Source: Bacteroidota bacterium
Lineage (GTDB): Bacteria; Bacteroidota; Bacteroidia; SXHM01
Direction: 5' to 3'
Length of the DNA stretch: 64,000 nucleotides
Assembly (NCBI GenBank): GCA_947478465.1
Contig: CANJWH010000010.1
Span: 991-64,990 of the forward strand
Positions 29,353 through 39,962 of this stretch are shown here, in pieces (the stretch's first letter is position 1; each line of letters starts with the position of its first letter). Made by a program: the position numbers and the translations under genes. The notes under the pieces are model-generated. The model worked only from the letters and a program-made list of their open reading frames with translations, was not told the DNA's origin and did no database searches.

Positions 29353-29766
29353 ATGTATCCCGAAGAAATTGTAATACCAATGAAAAAAGACCTGACCAGT
29401 GCAGGTTTTACCGAACTAACAAATCCCGATGCAGTTGATGCAGCTATAAAAGCAGAAGGCACTACTCTGGTTGTGGTTAATTCTGTTTGCGGATGTGCAG
29501 CAGGAGCTGCCCGTCCGGGAGCTAAACTTGCCATTCAGAATTCAGGCAAACGTCCTGACAGGATCACAACTGTTTTTGCTGGTTTTGATACCGAAGCAGT
29601 TGCACGTGCCCGCCAGTACTTTGCACCATATCCTCCATCTTCACCTGCAATGGCTTTATTTAAAGATGGCAAACTGGTTCACTTCATCGAGCGTCACCAT
29701 ATTGAAGGTCGCTCTGCCGAAATGATTGCACAGAACCTGATGGGTGCTTTCGAAGAGTATTGCTAA
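29353..29766 (+). CDS. BrxA/BrxB-family bacilliredoxin
   Basis: VNSVCGCAAGAARP (CGC motif), TVFAG, PPSSP, ERHHIEGR. Confidence 0.92.
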   Translation: MYPEEIVIPMKKDLTSAGFTELTNPDAVDAAIKAEGTTLVVVNSVCGCAAGAARPGAKLAIQNSGKRPDRITTVFAGFDTEAVARARQYFAPYPPSSPAMALFKDGKLVHFIERHHIEGRSAEMIAQNLMGAFEEYC

Positions 29767-29786
29767 AGAATAATATCTTCTTTTTA

Positions 29787-29828
29787 AAAAGTAATACAGC
29801 AGGACATTAATCCTGCTGTATTACTTTT
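29787..29828. terminator. Perfect 18-bp-stem hairpin / terminator
   Basis: AAAAGTAATACAGCAGGA-CATTAA-TCCTGCTGTATTACTTTT. Confidence 0.7.
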
Positions 29829-31142
29829 ATGCCGCTTTCAATTATGGTAACAGCAGTTATAATCACTTTTATTATCGGTTACGTTTGTATAGCGTTTGAG
29901 CATCCGCTTAAAATAAACAAAACCGCCAGTGCTTTACTTACAGGTGTTATTTGTTGGACAATTTATGCGCTTTCGGCAGTGTTGGGTGGTGTGAATGATT
30001 CGCATGAGATAGTTGAACAACTTTCTCATCATCTTGCTCCTATTGCTGAAATTCTGATTTTTCTGATGGGAGCAATGACCATTGTTGAACTGGTTGATAC
30101 GCATCAGGGTTTTAGAATTATTACAGATAGAATAACAACAAAAAGTGCAGTTGTATTAATGTGGATCATCTGCTTTGTTACGTTCTTTCTTTCATCTGTT
30201 TTAGATAATCTTACCACTACTATTGTAATGGTTTCGTTGCTCAGAAAATTGGTGCAAAATCAGCAGCAGCGTTTGATGTATGTGGGCATGGTGGTAATAG
30301 CTGCCAATGCAGGTGGTGCTTGGAGCCCTATTGGTGATGTAACCACTACCATGCTGTGGATAGGTGGACAGGTATCTGCTGCAAATATTATGAAGACACT
30401 TTTTATTCCAAGTCTGGTTTGTATGCTTGTTCCGTTGTTTATTATTTCGTTCAGCATGAAAGGTGATATTCAACCTGATGAAACAGCAAAGAACCCGGAA
30501 ACGGAGACAATAAAAGGAAGTACACTTATGTTTTTTGCAGGTATAGGAGGGTTGTTATTTGTGCCGGCATTTAAAACCATAACTCACCTGCCTCCTTATA
30601 TGGGTATATTGCTGTCACTTGGTTTTATCTGGGTGGTTTCTGAAATTATACATTATGATAAAGAGCCGGAACACAAAAGTCAATATTCACCTGCAAATGC
30701 TTTACAAAAGATTGATATGCCAAGTGTATTGTTTTTCCTCGGAATTCTTCTCGCAATCAGCTCACTTGAAAGTCTTCATATATTAAAAAATCTGGCTGTT
30801 TTTCTCGATACCAGCATTGGAAATCAGGATATCATTGTTTCGGTAATCGGAGTATTATCGGCAGTTATTGATAACGTTCCGCTGGTAGCTGCTTCAATGG
30901 GTATGTATCCTTTAACAGAGTTTCCGATGGACCACAAACTGTGGGAGTTTATGGCCTATGCAGCGGGAACAGGTGGTTCAATGCTTATTATTGGTTCGGC
31001 CGCTGGAGTTGCTGCTATGGGAATGGAGAAAATTGATTTTATCTGGTACCTGAAAAAAATATCATGGCTGGCTGCAATTGGTTATTTTGCCGGTATTGCT
31101 GTGTATCTTTTGATTTACCCGATATTTGCTGTGCCTCATTAA
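29829..31142 (+). CDS. nhaD: Na+/H+ antiporter NhaD
   Basis: AMTIVELVD, LDNLTTTIV, AANAGGAWSPIGDVTTTMLW, DNVPLV, GTGGSMLIIGSAAGV. Start may be 29844. Confidence 0.92.
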   Translation: MPLSIMVTAVIITFIIGYVCIAFEHPLKINKTASALLTGVICWTIYALSAVLGGVNDSHEIVEQLSHHLAPIAEILIFLMGAMTIVELVDTHQGFRIITDRITTKSAVVLMWIICFVTFFLSSVLDNLTTTIVMVSLLRKLVQNQQQRLMYVGMVVIAANAGGAWSPIGDVTTTMLWIGGQVSAANIMKTLFIPSLVCMLVPLFIISFSMKGDIQPDETAKNPETETIKGSTLMFFAGIGGLLFVPAFKTITHLPPYMGILLSLGFIWVVSEIIHYDKEPEHKSQYSPANALQKIDMPSVLFFLGILLAISSLESLHILKNLAVFLDTSIGNQDIIVSVIGVLSAVIDNVPLVAASMGMYPLTEFPMDHKLWEFMAYAAGTGGSMLIIGSAAGVAAMGMEKIDFIWYLKKISWLAAIGYFAGIAVYLLIYPIFAVPH

Positions 31143-31145
31143 TGG

Positions 31146-31904
31146 ATGGAATATTTAATTGAATTTTTTGCAAACGTTGATTTTGAAACAGGGCTTTTTG
31201 TTGTCCTGAATCTGATTATTCTGGAGTGTTTGCTTTCTATTGACAATGCCGCTGTGCTTGCCACTATGGTATTGGATTTACCCGAAAAGCAAAGAGGCAA
31301 AGCATTAAAATATGGAATTATTGGAGCCTATATTTTTCGTGGAGTTTGCCTCATATTTGCTTCTTACCTTATTCAGTTTATGTGGCTCAAAGCGGTGGGC
31401 GGCATTTTCCTGATCTGGTTGTGTGCCGATTATTTTATCACCAAAAAAACACCCGAAACAGAAGACGATTTACTGAACAAAAAAGAAAACCGTTTTTTTA
31501 AATGGATAAATAAACATTTTGGCAAATTCTGGTCAACCGTGGCGTTGATTGAGGTAATGGACTTAGCCTTTTCAATGGACAATGTTTTTGTTGCAGTAGC
31601 TTTTTCTGATAATATTTACCTCATCTGGACTGGCGTTTTTATCGGCATACTGGCCATGCGTTTTGTGGCGCAGGGTTTTGTAAAGTTGCTGGAAAAATTC
31701 CCGGAGCTAACGGCAGTAGCTTTTATTGTTATTGGAATTCTAGGCGTGAAGCTGGTTGCTTCATTTGGTTGCGACTTTTATCCCGAATATGGTTTTTGCC
31801 AATTCCTGAACGGACACAATGCCGACATGATTATATCGGGCTTTACAGTAGTAATGTTTCTTGCGCCTGTAGTTTACAGACTGCTGGTTAAAAGGAATAA
31901 TTAA
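31146..31904 (+). CDS. TerC-family membrane protein
   Basis: LECLLSIDNAAVLA, ALKYGIIGAYIFR, IEVMDLAFSMDNV, GILAMRF. Confidence 0.9.
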   Translation: MEYLIEFFANVDFETGLFVVLNLIILECLLSIDNAAVLATMVLDLPEKQRGKALKYGIIGAYIFRGVCLIFASYLIQFMWLKAVGGIFLIWLCADYFITKKTPETEDDLLNKKENRFFKWINKHFGKFWSTVALIEVMDLAFSMDNVFVAVAFSDNIYLIWTGVFIGILAMRFVAQGFVKLLEKFPELTAVAFIVIGILGVKLVASFGCDFYPEYGFCQFLNGHNADMIISGFTVVMFLAPVVYRLLVKRNN

Positions 31905-32593
31905 ACCCCAACAGCACTCAGCAATGAGCGGAAAATAAACTGTCCGTCTGTATTGCTCAGCAAAGGATCAGAAGCACGCTCAGGGTGCGGCATCATACCA
32001 AAAACGTTTCTGCCTTCATTACAAACACCTGCAATATTTTCAAACGAACCGTTCGGATTTGCTTCGTCTGTTAACTTTCCGTTCTCATCGCAGTAGCGGA
32101 AAAGAATTTGCTTGTTGGCATTCATCTTTTTCAGCGTGTCGGCATCGGCATAAAATCTTCCTTCTCCGTGCGCAATAGGTATTTTCAATGCTTTGGTTAA
32201 AGGAATTTCAGCGGTAATTAATGAGTCGTTTGTTTCAGCTTTTATAAAAACATTTTTGCAGATAAACTTATGACTGGTATTATGAAGCAATGCTCCCGGA
32301 ACCAAATGCGCCTCGCACAAAATCTGAAAACCGTTGCAAACGCCCAACAGGTAACCACCTGCATTGGCATGTTCAATCACCTTTTCCATAATAGGTGAAA
32401 AACGCGCAATAGCTCCCGAACGCAGATAATCACCGTAAGAAAAACCTCCGGGAAGCACAATAAAATCGCAGCCTTTCAGGTCTTTGTCTTTGTGCCACAG
32501 TTCTTCAACTTGCTGTCCCATACCGTTGCGCAGGGTATAAATCATATCCTGATCGCAATTAGAGCCTGGAAATATTACAACGCCAAATTTCAT
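31901..32593 (-). CDS. purQ: Phosphoribosylformylglycinamidine synthase subunit PurQ
   Basis: [40 protein letters not shown]. Start at MKFGVV (32593). Confidence 0.96.
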   Translation of the reverse strand: MKFGVVIFPGSNCDQDMIYTLRNGMGQQVEELWHKDKDLKGCDFIVLPGGFSYGDYLRSGAIARFSPIMEKVIEHANAGGYLLGVCNGFQILCEAHLVPGALLHNTSHKFICKNVFIKAETNDSLITAEIPLTKALKIPIAHGEGRFYADADTLKKMNANKQILFRYCDENGKLTDEANPNGSFENIAGVCNEGRNVFGMMPHPERASDPLLSNTDGQFIFRSLLSAVGV

Positions 32594-32637
32594 TTTTCTG
32601 ATAATTTTAGTCCGCAAATTTATCGTTTTAAAAATAG

Positions 32638-32699
32638 TTGCCACAGATTACACCGTTTTTCACAAATTAATCTGTGCTAATCTCTGTAATTTGTGGCAA
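32638..32699. repeat. CACAGATTA-type 9-mer inverted-repeat element
   Basis: TTGCCACAGATTACA / TGTAATTTGTGGCAA arms; internal AATCTGTGCTAATCT is the exact reverse complement of 12372-12386. Confidence 0.7.
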
Positions 32700-32786
32700 A
32701 ATACACTGTTTTCAACTATTCGTCTAAAGCAGGTAACTAAATAGATAATCATCAGTAAAACGTCTTTGATAAAATTGAATCGCCAA

Positions 32787-33713
32787 ATGAAGTTTTTCCA
32801 CGCCATCGTTTTTTTACTGTTCAGTATCACTGCATTTTCACAGACTTCCGAAACCTACAAAGGCAAAAAAGTAAACGAAAAAGATGCTGCAGGACAAAAG
32901 CAGGGGCATTGGGTTATCCTCAATATCGGAGGAAAATTTCCTGGTTTTGCTGAAGGAGAGCTTACCGAAGAAGGCGATTACCTCGACAACAAAAAAATTG
33001 GCATCTGGACAAAATACTACCCCGGAGGAGTTAAAAAACACGAACTTACATTTACCAATAACCAGCCAAACGGATATGCAAAATTTTATTACAAAGATGG
33101 TCTGTTGCAGGAAGAAGGTATGTGGAAAGACAACAAATGGGTGGGTGAGTACCGTTACTATCACGAGAACGGAAATCTCTTCTACAATTGGGTTTACAAT
33201 GCATCAGGCAAACGCGAAGGCGTTCAGCAATATTTCCACGAAAACGGAAATCTTATGATTGAGGGTAATTGGAAAGAAGGTTCTGAAAGCGGTTTGCTGA
33301 AAGAATATTATGAAAACGGTTCAGTAAAAGCAGAGAAAAATTTTACAACCGGAAAAATTGAAGCAGCTACTGTTAAAAACTACGAGTTGAACAAGGAGTT
33401 TGATGATGCTGCACCCAAAGCAAAAAAATTAGCAGAAAGCATCAGACAGCAACATCAGACAAAAGGTGTAAGCACATCAGCAGAAAAAAATAGTTCAGTT
33501 GTTAAAGAAGAAAAAGCTGCAAACGTTGGTATGATTGGTGACGGACAAAAAACAACCTACAACAAATTTGGCAAGCCATTACTTTCTGGTGTTTTCCGCA
33601 ACAGTATGCTTATTGACGGTAAAGAAAATGTGTATGCCGATGACGGCACTTACCTTAAAACCTACATTGTTAAAGAGGGAAAACGTGTAAGTGAAGAGGT
33701 GAACAAACCCTAG
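32787..33713 (+). CDS. Exported MORN-variant repeat protein (YwqK-like)
   Basis: Signal peptide; repeated G-x-W-x-x-YYxxG / YHENG units. Confidence 0.85.
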   Translation: MKFFHAIVFLLFSITAFSQTSETYKGKKVNEKDAAGQKQGHWVILNIGGKFPGFAEGELTEEGDYLDNKKIGIWTKYYPGGVKKHELTFTNNQPNGYAKFYYKDGLLQEEGMWKDNKWVGEYRYYHENGNLFYNWVYNASGKREGVQQYFHENGNLMIEGNWKEGSESGLLKEYYENGSVKAEKNFTTGKIEAATVKNYELNKEFDDAAPKAKKLAESIRQQHQTKGVSTSAEKNSSVVKEEKAANVGMIGDGQKTTYNKFGKPLLSGVFRNSMLIDGKENVYADDGTYLKTYIVKEGKRVSEEVNKP

Positions 33714-33726
33714 AAATAATTAGCCC

Positions 33727-33787
33727 CGTCACCCTGAACTTGTTTCAGGGTCTCATGATAAGATGCTGAAACGAGTTCAGCATGACG
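33727..33787. repeat. REP doublet, copy 3
   Basis: CGTCACCCTGAACTTGTTTCAGGGTC...GATGCTGAAACGAGTTCAGCATGACG. Confidence 0.88.
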
Positions 33788-33837
33788 AAAAAATTCCGTT
33801 CCTTTGAGGTCCTTTATTAAAGGACTTTTTTATTGTT

Positions 33838-35307
33838 ATGACAGAGCAGAAACTTGTAATTTACAACACCCTCACCCGCCAGAAAGAAGATTTCAAACCC
33901 ATCAACCCGCCATTTGTTGGCTTGTATGTATGCGGTCCTACGGTTTACAGCGATGTGCATCTGGGCAATGCCCGCACCTTTGTTTCATTTGATATGATTT
34001 ACCGTTACCTGGTGCATCTTAAATACAAGGTGCGCTATGTGCGCAACATCACGGATGCGGGACATTTAGAGGGAGACCGTGATGAAGGCGATGATAAATT
34101 TGCCAAAAAAGCAAAGCTCGAACAATTGGAGCCAATGGAAATTGTTCAGAAATATACCAACGGCTTTCATGACGTAATGCGCGAGTTAAATACACTTCCG
34201 CCAAGTATTGAACCTACTGCTACAGGCCACATCTGCGAGCAGATTGAAATGGTAAAAAAAATTCTTGCAAAAGGCTATGCCTACGAAACGAGCGGCACAG
34301 TTTACTTTGATGTGGAAAAATATAACAAAGAGTTCCCTTATGGTCAGTTAACCAATCGCAAATTGGAAGAATTGCTGGAAGGCACACGCGAGTTAAGCGG
34401 ACAAGACGAGAAAAAAGGCCGACTTGATTTTGCACTATGGATAAAAGCAAAACCCGAAACATTGATGCAGTGGCCTTCGCCCTGGGGTTGGGGATTTCCC
34501 GGCTGGCACATCGAGTGCTCGGCAATGAGCAGCAAATACCTGGGCGATACTTTTGACATTCACGGGGGCGGAATGGACTTACAGGCAACCCACCATACCA
34601 ACGAAATTGCACAATCGCAGGCATGTAATCACAGTGCGCCTGTAAACTACTGGATGCATACTAACATGCTTACCGTAAACGGTGTGCGCATGTCAAAAAC
34701 TGCCGGCAACGGTTTTCTTCCCGGTGAATTATTTACCGGAAATCATCCACTGCTGGATAAAGGTTATGCACCCATGGCAGTCCGCTTTTTCATGATGCAA
34801 ACGCATTATGGCAGCACACTCGATTTCTCTAACGAAGCCTTGCAGGCATCAGAAAAAGGCTATGCCAAATTAATGAATGCAATGAAAACAGTAGACAGTC
34901 TCAAAGCATCTGCAACCTCAACTTCAAACATCGCTGAGCTTAGAAAAAACTGCTACGATGCCATGAACGATGATTTCAATGCACCAATTCTGGTTGCCAA
35001 TTTATTTGAAGGTGTGCGCATCATCAATTCGGTAAATGATGGAAAAGAAACCATCACAGCCGATGACCTTGCTTTGCTCAAAACTACCATGCAGGATTTT
35101 GTGTACGATGTGTTGGGTTTAAAATCCGAAAACTCCAACACCGCTAATGACAAAGCATTGCAGGGTGTTATGGAAATGATACTTACCATCCGCAAAGACG
35201 CAAAGCAAAATAAAGACTTCGCCACTTCCGATAAAATCCGCAAAGAACTCGAAGCAATCGGCATTCAGATAAAAGATTCAAAAGAAAAAACAGAATGGAG
35301 TTTTTAA
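33838..35307 (+). CDS. cysS: Cysteine--tRNA ligase
   Basis: [14 protein letters not shown] (HIGH), [21 protein letters not shown] (KMSKS-like). Confidence 0.97.
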   Translation: MTEQKLVIYNTLTRQKEDFKPINPPFVGLYVCGPTVYSDVHLGNARTFVSFDMIYRYLVHLKYKVRYVRNITDAGHLEGDRDEGDDKFAKKAKLEQLEPMEIVQKYTNGFHDVMRELNTLPPSIEPTATGHICEQIEMVKKILAKGYAYETSGTVYFDVEKYNKEFPYGQLTNRKLEELLEGTRELSGQDEKKGRLDFALWIKAKPETLMQWPSPWGWGFPGWHIECSAMSSKYLGDTFDIHGGGMDLQATHHTNEIAQSQACNHSAPVNYWMHTNMLTVNGVRMSKTAGNGFLPGELFTGNHPLLDKGYAPMAVRFFMMQTHYGSTLDFSNEALQASEKGYAKLMNAMKTVDSLKASATSTSNIAELRKNCYDAMNDDFNAPILVANLFEGVRIINSVNDGKETITADDLALLKTTMQDFVYDVLGLKSENSNTANDKALQGVMEMILTIRKDAKQNKDFATSDKIRKELEAIGIQIKDSKEKTEWSF

Positions 35308-35309
35308 GA

Positions 35310-35408
35310 AAGTTAGAGGTTAGAAGTTGGATGTTAGAAGGTGGAACCCGGAAAGTAGTTTCCTTTTTTAGGTATTTGAATAAATCTAACATCCCACTTC
35401 TAACATCC
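35310..35408. repeat. Heptamer (GTTAGAR / TCTAACY) inverted-repeat element overlapping the next gene start
   Basis: GTTAGAAGTTGGATGTTAGA (35319-35338) is complementary to TCTAACATCCCACTTCTAAC (35385-35404) at 19/20; 35310-35331 is the exact reverse complement of 52450-52471. Confidence 0.75.
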
Positions 35409-36371
35409 ATCCTCGTTCTTCTCTTCGCTTCCTGCCAAAACGACCCCGACAAACCCAAGGTTGACGTTCCCACTCCTCCTGCAAAAGTTGTCCCCACTCC
35501 CGATTTCAACCAGGATTCAGCTTTCCTGTTTGTAAAAAAACAAGTTGACTTCGGCCCCCGCGTTCCCAACTCTGCTGCTCATGCAAAATGTGCCGATTAC
35601 CTCACCGCAAAATTCAAGGAATATAAGGCTGATGTAATCGTTCAGCAGGCCGAAGCAAAAGCTTTTGACGGAAAAGTGCTGAAGATGAAAAACATCATTG
35701 CACAATGGCAGCCCGAAAAGCAAAACCGCATCCTGCTATGCGCCCATTGGGATACACGCCCATTTGCCGACCAGGATAAAACAGATTTAAACAAACCCAT
35801 TGACGGTGCCAACGATGGAGGCAGTGGAGTAGGAGTGCTACTCGAAATAGGTCGCCAGTTTGCCGTTTTACAACCTACTATCGGTGTGGATATCATCCTG
35901 TTCGATGCCGAAGACTATGGCCAGCCCGATGGCGGAATGCAGCAGGAACAGCAGAACTCCTATTGCCTTGGTTCACAATACTGGGCTACAAACAAACACA
36001 AACAGGATTATTTCCCCCGTTTTGCCATTCTCTTGGACATGGTGGGTGCTAAAAATGCAACGTTCACCATGGAAGGTGGCTCTATGCACTATGCTCCCAC
36101 AGTAGTAAAAAAGGTATGGGACACCGCTCTCCGTCTGGGCTATTCCTCTTACTTTGTTTATGATCAGACCAATCCCATTACTGACGACCATTATTACATC
36201 AATACCCTGGCCGACATTCCTTCCATAGACATCATTCAGTACGATCCCGCCACCAAATATCACTTTGCTCCCGTGTGGCACACTCACAACGACAAACTGG
36301 AAAACATTGACCCCAAAACCCTGAAAGCGGTGGGGCAAACCTTGTTGGAAGTAGTATATTCTTCTCACTGA
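35376..36371 (+). CDS. M28-family lipoprotein (glutaminyl cyclase-like)
   Basis: Lipobox FASC; FGPRVP, AHWDTRP, GANDGGSG, DAEDYG, LDMVG, DDH, WHTHND. Start uncertain; TTG 35376 chosen. Confidence 0.85.
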   Translation: MNKSNIPLLTSILVLLFASCQNDPDKPKVDVPTPPAKVVPTPDFNQDSAFLFVKKQVDFGPRVPNSAAHAKCADYLTAKFKEYKADVIVQQAEAKAFDGKVLKMKNIIAQWQPEKQNRILLCAHWDTRPFADQDKTDLNKPIDGANDGGSGVGVLLEIGRQFAVLQPTIGVDIILFDAEDYGQPDGGMQQEQQNSYCLGSQYWATNKHKQDYFPRFAILLDMVGAKNATFTMEGGSMHYAPTVVKKVWDTALRLGYSSYFVYDQTNPITDDHYYINTLADIPSIDIIQYDPATKYHFAPVWHTHNDKLENIDPKTLKAVGQTLLEVVYSSH

Positions 36372-36451
36372 AATTTCTTTGCTTCAAAGTGTTGCAGAGT
36401 AAGGGATTTCCTTACATTTGCCCTCCCTTTTAAAAAATCAGCATTAATATT

Positions 36452-38839
36452 ATGAATAAAGTCATCACCTCCCTGCTTGTAATCCTTATCGCAGGCCTCT
36501 CTGTTTCTAACGCTCAAAACCTTATCACCATTGACAGTAAAGAATACCAGACTTTAAAGGTAGAAGGCAAAATTCCCATGATTCCCCTGGAACAGTTTGC
36601 TAAATACGTTCCCGAGAAAATCCTGAATGCCGAAGACTTTGCTCCTCGCTCTGTTGAAGGCGGAGGCCCTAATGTAAACTGTGGTTGCATCCAAACCCTT
36701 GATGGCACCTACACCCTTGCAATGGCTCCTAATGATGATGGTTCAACCGGCCTCATTTCCCTTCCTTTCAACTTCTGCTTCTATGGAACCAGCCAAACCA
36801 ATATGTATATCAATAACAATGGTAACATCTCTTTTGGTGCCTCTTACGGAACATTCTCTTCCAATCCTTTCCCCGATGCTACCTATGTAATGGTTGCTCC
36901 TTTTTGGGCCGATGTGGATACCCGCGGAACTGGCGAAGTATGGTACAAAGTAACTCCCTCTTATGCCATCATCCGTTGGCACAACGTAGGTTATTTCAGC
37001 TCACAAACCGATAAAATAAACGACTTCCAGCTCATCATCACCGATGGTAACGACCCTATCATTCCCGGTGGAAACAACATTGCTTTCTGCTATGGCGATA
37101 TGCAATGGACTACCGGTTCTGCTTCAAGCGGTGTAGGAGGTTTTGGTGGTACACCTGCAACAGTGGGTGCCAACTATGGTGATGGAACAGCCTTCGCACA
37201 GTTTGGCCGTTTTGACCATGCCGGTAATGATTACGATGGCCCCTTCAATAACTCAGACGGAATCAGCTGGCTCGATAACCAGAGTTTCGTATTCAACGGC
37301 TGCGTAAACAATGCTAACCTTTCACCTATTGCCGACAATGCCCTTGCTATCTGCGATACCATCCAGATTTGTGTGGGCGACACTTTCCCTTTTGAAGTGT
37401 CTTTCCTTTCTCCCGAGCAGGGTCAAATAACCACTACCACCATCGATACTTCGGGCATTTCAGGCTTTGAACTCATCAGCAATACCAGCGGAAACATCTC
37501 GTCAGTATCTGCTGTATTTTATGCTACCGAAGCCAACGCAGGATACAATACCTTTACCCTTAACGCAACCGATAACGGAACACCGGCTCAAACCAACGTG
37601 TTCACAGTAAACATTTTTGTCAGCCGTATTGTGGACCCTCAGGTATTAGGAGACTTTACCTATTGCGCTCCCGGAAGTGTTAGTATAACCCTCGACTCAG
37701 CCTTTGCTTATACAAGCTACATCTGGTCAACCGGAGATGCAAACCCCGATTCAGTCTTAGACCCTTTGTTGGAAGGAAACTATTCTGTTACCTGCTACAA
37801 CGAGTATGGTTGCAACCGCACACTTGATTTCCAGATTGTGGAATTAGGAAACCTGCAAATGACAAATACAGTGAGCAATATCGTTTGTAATGGTGATGCC
37901 AACGGAAGCGTTATTTCTCAGTCAAATGTTCCTGCGCAGCTTAACTTCTTCTGGGAAAACTCTTCAGGCGATACCATTCACGTAGGCTTCATCACTCAGG
38001 GAACCGATCAGGTAAGCGGTCTTGAGCCGGGAACATATTACGTTAGCGCTTACGATACTTTGGGCTGTTTCACCTACCTCGATTCAGTAGTTATTAGCGA
38101 ACCTGCACCATACGTTACTGATAACATGTCTACTCCGGAAACCTGCGAAGATGCAAATGGTGTAGCAATGGTTACAACTGTTACAGGAAACACTTCACCA
38201 TATGCATATGTATGGTCACCCGCAGGCGGAACAGATGACATGGCAGACAGTCTTGCAGCCGGAACCTATACCGTTACCATTACCGATATTAATGGTTGCG
38301 TAAAAGTAGATACAGTAGTTGTTGGCGGAATTTCTTCACCAACAGCAAATTTCAGTAACAACCCTACAGCAGCCCTGTTAGATGTGCCTGTTACCTTCAC
38401 CGATAGCTCACTTGCAAATGGCGATACCATCGTTTCATGGTTCTGGGATTTTGCTGACGGAACAACCGACACGCTTCAAAACCCTGTTCATGCTTTTGCT
38501 GATACCGGAACCTATCCTGTAATGTTAGTTGTTACCAACACAGAAGGTTGCACCGATACCATCATCATCGAAATGTTAGTGATTACTGAAATAGTAGTTC
38601 CTAACGTTTTCACACCAAACGGAGATGGTTTCAATGACACATTTGTTATCCAGTATTTACCACAGCTTTATCCTGGTAGTAAACTCTACATTTACAACCG
38701 TTGGGGTAAACGTGTTTACAAAAGCGATAACTACCAGAACGATTGGGATGGTGATAAGCACAGCGAAGGAACCTATTTCTATGTGCTCGAAGTTTCTGAC
38801 GGAACCAAACAAAAAGGTACCGTTACCATCATGAAGTAA
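36452..38839 (+). CDS. T9SS type-B cargo: nidogen-like domain, SprB-like repeats, PKD domain, gliding-motility C-terminal domain
   Basis: NDDGS...LPFNFCFYG...INNNG...[43 protein letters not shown]...IYNRWG...WDG. Confidence 0.9.
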   Translation: MNKVITSLLVILIAGLSVSNAQNLITIDSKEYQTLKVEGKIPMIPLEQFAKYVPEKILNAEDFAPRSVEGGGPNVNCGCIQTLDGTYTLAMAPNDDGSTGLISLPFNFCFYGTSQTNMYINNNGNISFGASYGTFSSNPFPDATYVMVAPFWADVDTRGTGEVWYKVTPSYAIIRWHNVGYFSSQTDKINDFQLIITDGNDPIIPGGNNIAFCYGDMQWTTGSASSGVGGFGGTPATVGANYGDGTAFAQFGRFDHAGNDYDGPFNNSDGISWLDNQSFVFNGCVNNANLSPIADNALAICDTIQICVGDTFPFEVSFLSPEQGQITTTTIDTSGISGFELISNTSGNISSVSAVFYATEANAGYNTFTLNATDNGTPAQTNVFTVNIFVSRIVDPQVLGDFTYCAPGSVSITLDSAFAYTSYIWSTGDANPDSVLDPLLEGNYSVTCYNEYGCNRTLDFQIVELGNLQMTNTVSNIVCNGDANGSVISQSNVPAQLNFFWENSSGDTIHVGFITQGTDQVSGLEPGTYYVSAYDTLGCFTYLDSVVISEPAPYVTDNMSTPETCEDANGVAMVTTVTGNTSPYAYVWSPAGGTDDMADSLAAGTYTVTITDINGCVKVDTVVVGGISSPTANFSNNPTAALLDVPVTFTDSSLANGDTIVSWFWDFADGTTDTLQNPVHAFADTGTYPVMLVVTNTEGCTDTIIIEMLVITEIVVPNVFTPNGDGFNDTFVIQYLPQLYPGSKLYIYNRWGKRVYKSDNYQNDWDGDKHSEGTYFYVLEVSDGTKQKGTVTIMK

Positions 38840-38883
38840 AAAATGCTATTGGCTATGTGGCTACTTGGCTAAGAACTCCTTCT

Positions 38884-39837
38884 ATGAAAGTAACCGAACA
38901 TTTCCGCAGAGCAAAGTCAACGCTTTTCTCTATTGAGATTCTTCCGCCACTTAAAGGCGCAAGTATTCAATCCATTTTTGATGGCATTGATCCGTTGGTG
39001 GAATTCAATCCCTCTTTCATTGATGTTACCTATCACCGCGAAGAATACATCCAGCGCAAAAACCGCAAAGGCGAACTGAAGAGAGTAAAGATTCGCAAGC
39101 GCCCCGGTACCGTTGGTATCAGCGCAGCAATACAAGCCCGCTATAAAATCGATACCGTTCCGCATATGATTTGCGGAGGTTTTAGCTTGGAAGAAACCGA
39201 AAACGCTTTATTGGATTTACATTTCCTCGGCATCAACAACGTACTCGCCCTGCAAGGCGATATGATTAAAGCAGACGGGAAATTTATTCCGCACCCCGAT
39301 GGTCACACCTACGCAAACGAACTCGTTGAGCAGATTGTGGACATGAATAAAGGAAAGTACCTCGACAGCGAACTACAGAACGTTGACAAAACAGATTACT
39401 GTATCGGTGTTGCCGGATATCCCGAAAAACATTTCGCTTGCGATGATTTGGATACCGATATGGAAAACCTGAAGCGCAAAGTTGATGCAGGTGCCGAATA
39501 CATTGTTACCCAAATGTTTTACGACAATCAGAAGTTCTTCAACTTTGCTATCCGTTGTCGTAAAGCAGGTATAAACGTTCCCATCATCCCTGGACTTAAA
39601 CCCATTGCAACTAAAAAACAACTCGAGGTATTGCCACGTATTTTCTATGTGGATATTCCTCAGGATTTACGCAAAGCTGTTGAAGCCTGCAAAGATGATG
39701 TTGCCGTAAAACAAGTAGGAGTGGAGTGGGCAATACAGCAAAGCAAAGAGTTAATTGACTTTGGCGCTTTGTGTCTGCACTTCTATACCATGGGCCGCTC
39801 GGAGCAAACACGTGCCATTGCAAAAGCTGTATTTTAA
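38884..39837 (+). CDS. metF: Methylenetetrahydrofolate reductase
   Basis: FSIEILPP, FIDVTY, RKRPGTVG, VAGYPEKH, LKRKVDAGA, TQMFYD, HFYTM. Confidence 0.95.
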   Translation: MKVTEHFRRAKSTLFSIEILPPLKGASIQSIFDGIDPLVEFNPSFIDVTYHREEYIQRKNRKGELKRVKIRKRPGTVGISAAIQARYKIDTVPHMICGGFSLEETENALLDLHFLGINNVLALQGDMIKADGKFIPHPDGHTYANELVEQIVDMNKGKYLDSELQNVDKTDYCIGVAGYPEKHFACDDLDTDMENLKRKVDAGAEYIVTQMFYDNQKFFNFAIRCRKAGINVPIIPGLKPIATKKQLEVLPRIFYVDIPQDLRKAVEACKDDVAVKQVGVEWAIQQSKELIDFGALCLHFYTMGRSEQTRAIAKAVF

Positions 39838-39843
39838 TCGTAC

Positions 39844-39904
39844 CGTCACACTGAACTTGTTTCAGGGTCTTTCTATTGAGATGTTGAAACAAGTTCAGCA
39901 TCAC
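39844..39904. repeat. REP doublet, copy 4 (degenerate)
   Basis: CGTCACACTGAACTTGTTTCAGGGTC...GATGTTGAAACAAGTTCAGCATCAC. Confidence 0.82.
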
Positions 39905-39962
39905 TTTATATCCACATTTTAATAATTCCACTTAATTTTACACTAAACTAAAACCTAAAACC

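Noticed and set aside
29353..29766. Bacilliredoxin outside Firmicutes as a novelty
   Set aside because: BrxA/B homologues and bacillithiol-type pathways are already known in Bacteroidota.
32787..33713. YwqK-like protein as a toxin-antitoxin component
   Set aside because: It has a signal peptide and no adjacent toxin; more likely an ordinary exported MORN-variant protein.
35295..35375. N-terminal extension of the M28 lipoprotein from ATG 35295
   Set aside because: It overlaps cysS, translates the heptamer repeat and would place the lipobox too far from the start.
9445..39904. REP copies as CRISPR repeats or IS ends
   Set aside because: They are dispersed kilobases apart with no spacer array, and no transposase lies between them.
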